Below are positions 59,478 to 64,000 of a stretch of DNA of 64,000 nt, in pieces. The stretch lies in the NCBI GenBank assembly GCA_947259795.1, contig CAMYNJ010000142.1:553-64552 (forward strand). Reading direction: 5' to 3'. The notes below the pieces were generated by a model. The model was given only the letters and a program-made list of their open reading frames with translations, was not told the DNA's origin and searched no databases. The position numbers and the translations under genes are program-made. This DNA is from an uncultured Alphaproteobacteria bacterium. Lineage in GTDB: Bacteria; Pseudomonadota; Alphaproteobacteria; UBA8366; JADFVY01. Position 1 is the stretch's first letter, and each line of letters begins with the position of its first letter.

Positions 59478-60580
59478 GGTTCCTCGCTTGCCGCCGAAGC
59501 AATGGACTGTTCCGGTACGGGACCGCAGCTTTCGCCCAGCCAGGCCTCGGCCCGCTGACGGCCGAGCCCATGGAGTTCCTGCAAGAATCCCCGATGTGCA
59601 TTCAGCTTGCTGGACTGTCCGAAGGCCTGCAGGTCCTCGCCGCCCTCGATCACATGCAAACGCGCCTCCGCCAGCCGCCGGCCAAGCGGCCCGCCAAGCG
59701 TACCGTCTCGCGCCATGCGCTGCAGGTCGGCAAACTGGTCCAGATCGTGGTTGAGCGGCGCGGTGAACATGATCTGGTTCAATCGCGCATGAATTGCGCG
59801 CGCCGTCAAGGGCGGACCGTCCGACATCCCTGAATCCAGCCTCACCAGCAGGGTGTCGCGGGCCGTGCTTCCCTCCAGCAGCGGCAGGATCGGCGGATTG
59901 GCGGTAAATCCGCCGTCCCAATAGTGGCGGCCATCGATCTTCGCGGCGTGATGCAGCCAGGGAAGGGTGGCCGAGGCCAGCACGGCCTCCGCCGTGATCT
60001 CCCTGTTGGTGAACAGCTTCAGGTGCCCGCTTTCGATGTCCGTGGCGGCCAGAAATAGCTTTATGCGGCGGCTGCGCCGCAACCGTTCGAAGTCGATATG
60101 GTCGGCCAGCAGGTCGCGTAGCGGGTTCATATCCAACGGGTTGAACTGATAGGGCGACAGGATGCGGGTGAACAGGTCGAGACCGGCATGCCGGGAACTG
60201 CCGTCCATGTTCCAGCCGCTAGTCAACTGGTCCATCAGGCTGGGCTGAAGCGGGCTGAAGGCGGCCTTGGCGCCGATCCGTCGCCACAGTGTCGCCAGCG
60301 CCTCGCGCGCGCCGTCCGGACCGCCTTCCAGCCAGCCATGGGCCAGGAAAACCGCGTTGAACGCGCCTGCGCTGGCGCCGCTGACCGCATCCACGGTGAC
60401 GCCCCGTTCCACAAGCGTGTCCAGCACGCCCCAGGTGAAGGCCCCATGCGCACCGCCGCCCTGCAGGGCGAGCGCCAGCCGCGGGCCGCCTTGCGCGCGG
60501 GACCGCGACAGGTGAAAGGCCGCGGCGGCCTTGTCCCGCCAGCCCGCCAGATATCGGCCGAATGCTCCGCTGCCGTTCAT
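59462..60580 (-). CDS. Patatin-like phospholipase family protein
   Basis: Oxyanion LQGGGAHGAFTWGVL, nucleophile elbow GASAGA, and later WDGG (catalytic Asp). Overlaps the MOSC start by 16 nt. Confidence 0.85.
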   Translation of the reverse strand: MNGSGAFGRYLAGWRDKAAAAFHLSRSRAQGGPRLALALQGGGAHGAFTWGVLDTLVERGVTVDAVSGASAGAFNAVFLAHGWLEGGPDGAREALATLWRRIGAKAAFSPLQPSLMDQLTSGWNMDGSSRHAGLDLFTRILSPYQFNPLDMNPLRDLLADHIDFERLRRSRRIKLFLAATDIESGHLKLFTNREITAEAVLASATLPWLHHAAKIDGRHYWDGGFTANPPILPLLEGSTARDTLLVRLDSGMSDGPPLTARAIHARLNQIMFTAPLNHDLDQFADLQRMARDGTLGGPLGRRLAEARLHVIEGGEDLQAFGQSSKLNAHRGFLQELHGLGRQRAEAWLGESCGPVPEQSIASAASEEPCPQQ

Positions 60581-60678
60581 ACGCCCTTGCTTTCCGGTTG
60601 CCCGTTCCGTATTGCTGCACTGCAACATACTATAGCGCCCCGACCCGTGAGCAAATGGTTAACATGCGGGAAAATGGT

Positions 60679-60707
60679 CTTGAGCGCCGGCTGCCGCGTC
60701 GCCATAT
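60679..60707 (+). promoter_or_regulatory. Putative sigma32 (RpoH) heat-shock promoter of clpB
   Basis: CTTGAG (60679-60684), 15 nt, CGCCATAT (60700-60707), versus the E. coli sigma32 consensus CTTGAA-N13-15-CCCCATNT. About 90 nt upstream of the clpB ATG. Confidence 0.4.
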
Positions 60708-60799
60708 GAAGTCGGGACGCCTCGTGCGAGGGTCCGCAGACCAGGCTCAATCTTGACCGCCTGCCTCACTGGGGGGGCGCAAACAGGAACGGCAGCAAC

Positions 60800-63391
<2,592 letters not shown>

Positions 63392-63681
63392 GGCCGCCGG
63401 ATAGACGGCATTTGCGTCAAATGCCTCACGCAGAGTTGAACGCCTGCGGCCGCCCGTGATTCTTTCGTGATCCGGGGCGGACCGGGGCGTTCAGCGCCTT
63501 CCCGCTGCTCGACGAGGGCTATTGAAATCGGCGGTCCCGGTCGTCACGGGTGGTTGAGATTTATGCAGGTTCGAAACCCCCGGCGCGGGGGCGATTCGGC
63601 CGCCGGATCGGGTTTCCCGCGGGCGACTCGCGCCCCGGCGGGCAAAAGATGCAGAAATCAGGCACGAAAGATACAAGTGCG

Positions 63682-63725
63682 ATGCAGGCAAGGTGCAGGG
63701 AAGATGCATGAAAAGTGCATGCAAG
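63682..63725. repeat. Four phased 11-bp repeats with core RTGCAKG
   Basis: ATGCAGG 63682, GTGCAGG 63693, ATGCATG 63704 and GTGCATG 63715, an exact 11-nt period. Related ATGCAGA at 63649. Confidence 0.6.
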
Positions 63726-64000
63726 GACGCACCGAGCGCCGGCCTCATCCTTGTCTGTCGTGGATGTGGGATAGAGGATAGAGACGGGAGGGATGCCGTT
63801 CGCCGCAGGAACGCAGGCCAGATCCCGTCTTCGCGGGTTTCAAAGGGGGGCGTGGCCCGGATCGGCGTGGGAAGTGAAAGTGAGGAATGTCAGAGGTTAT
63901 ACAGCGAATAACGCATTAACGCATGCCCGACTCCGGTTCCCGACTTATCGGACCGCAAAGTCTGGATTCGGTATACCGCCCCCAAACTGCGAATCGGCGG

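Noticed and set aside
63555-63600. GGTTCGAAACCCCC, a tRNA T-loop-like string that might mark a tRNA gene or a tRNA 3'-end att remnant.
   Set aside because: The flanking bases do not form a T-stem (GCAGG versus CCCCC). I could not fold an acceptor or anticodon arm around it. The similar GGGTTCAATTCC at about 41253 fails in the same way.
63890-64000. Open minus-strand frame entering from the window end (...PPIRSLGAVYRIQTLRSDKSGTGVGHALMRYSLYNL, stop at 63892-63890).
   Set aside because: Only 36 codons are visible, the start lies outside the window and there is no diagnostic motif. The G-x-G stretch is too close to the C-terminus for a GNAT motif A. It cannot be supported from this window.

Overview
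High-GC (about 65-70% by eye) chromosomal segment. Its gene content and order look alphaproteobacterial, Rhodospirillales-like: cobS-cobT-Jdomain-bolA, aroK-aroB, xerD/accA, secA, argJ, comF-grxC, ubiG-lysC-ptsP, ispG-hisS-hemA-prfA-prmC, DUF4167, clpB. About 60 protein genes are supported, and nearly all are housekeeping. I found no rRNA, tRNA, CRISPR array, transposase, integrase (other than xerD), phage genes or recognisable defence operon. This is mostly an ordinary core region, and I do not see a clear multi-gene novel system. Six things deserve a second look. (1) A 910-aa single-ORF fusion of a MurF-like Mur-ligase module to a CapA/PgsA (PGA_cap) module. It has a duplicated 33-aa junction and a clearly lower-GC 5' two-thirds, and it sits alone between core genes. 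(2) A 255-bp MITE-like, highly structured palindromic element with TA flanks lies exactly in the aroK-aroB junction. (3) xerD loses homology just before its catalytic tyrosine, where a roughly 5.4-kb tctABC/aspartate-dehydrogenase/malyl-CoA-lyase block abuts it. (4) accA carries an internal frameshifting deletion of about 30 nt. (5) A methyltransferase has family homology that extends upstream of any canonical start codon, to an ATC with a perfect SD. (6) There are several short repeats and palindromes of unknown function. All domain calls rest on motif recognition by eye. No database search was run.
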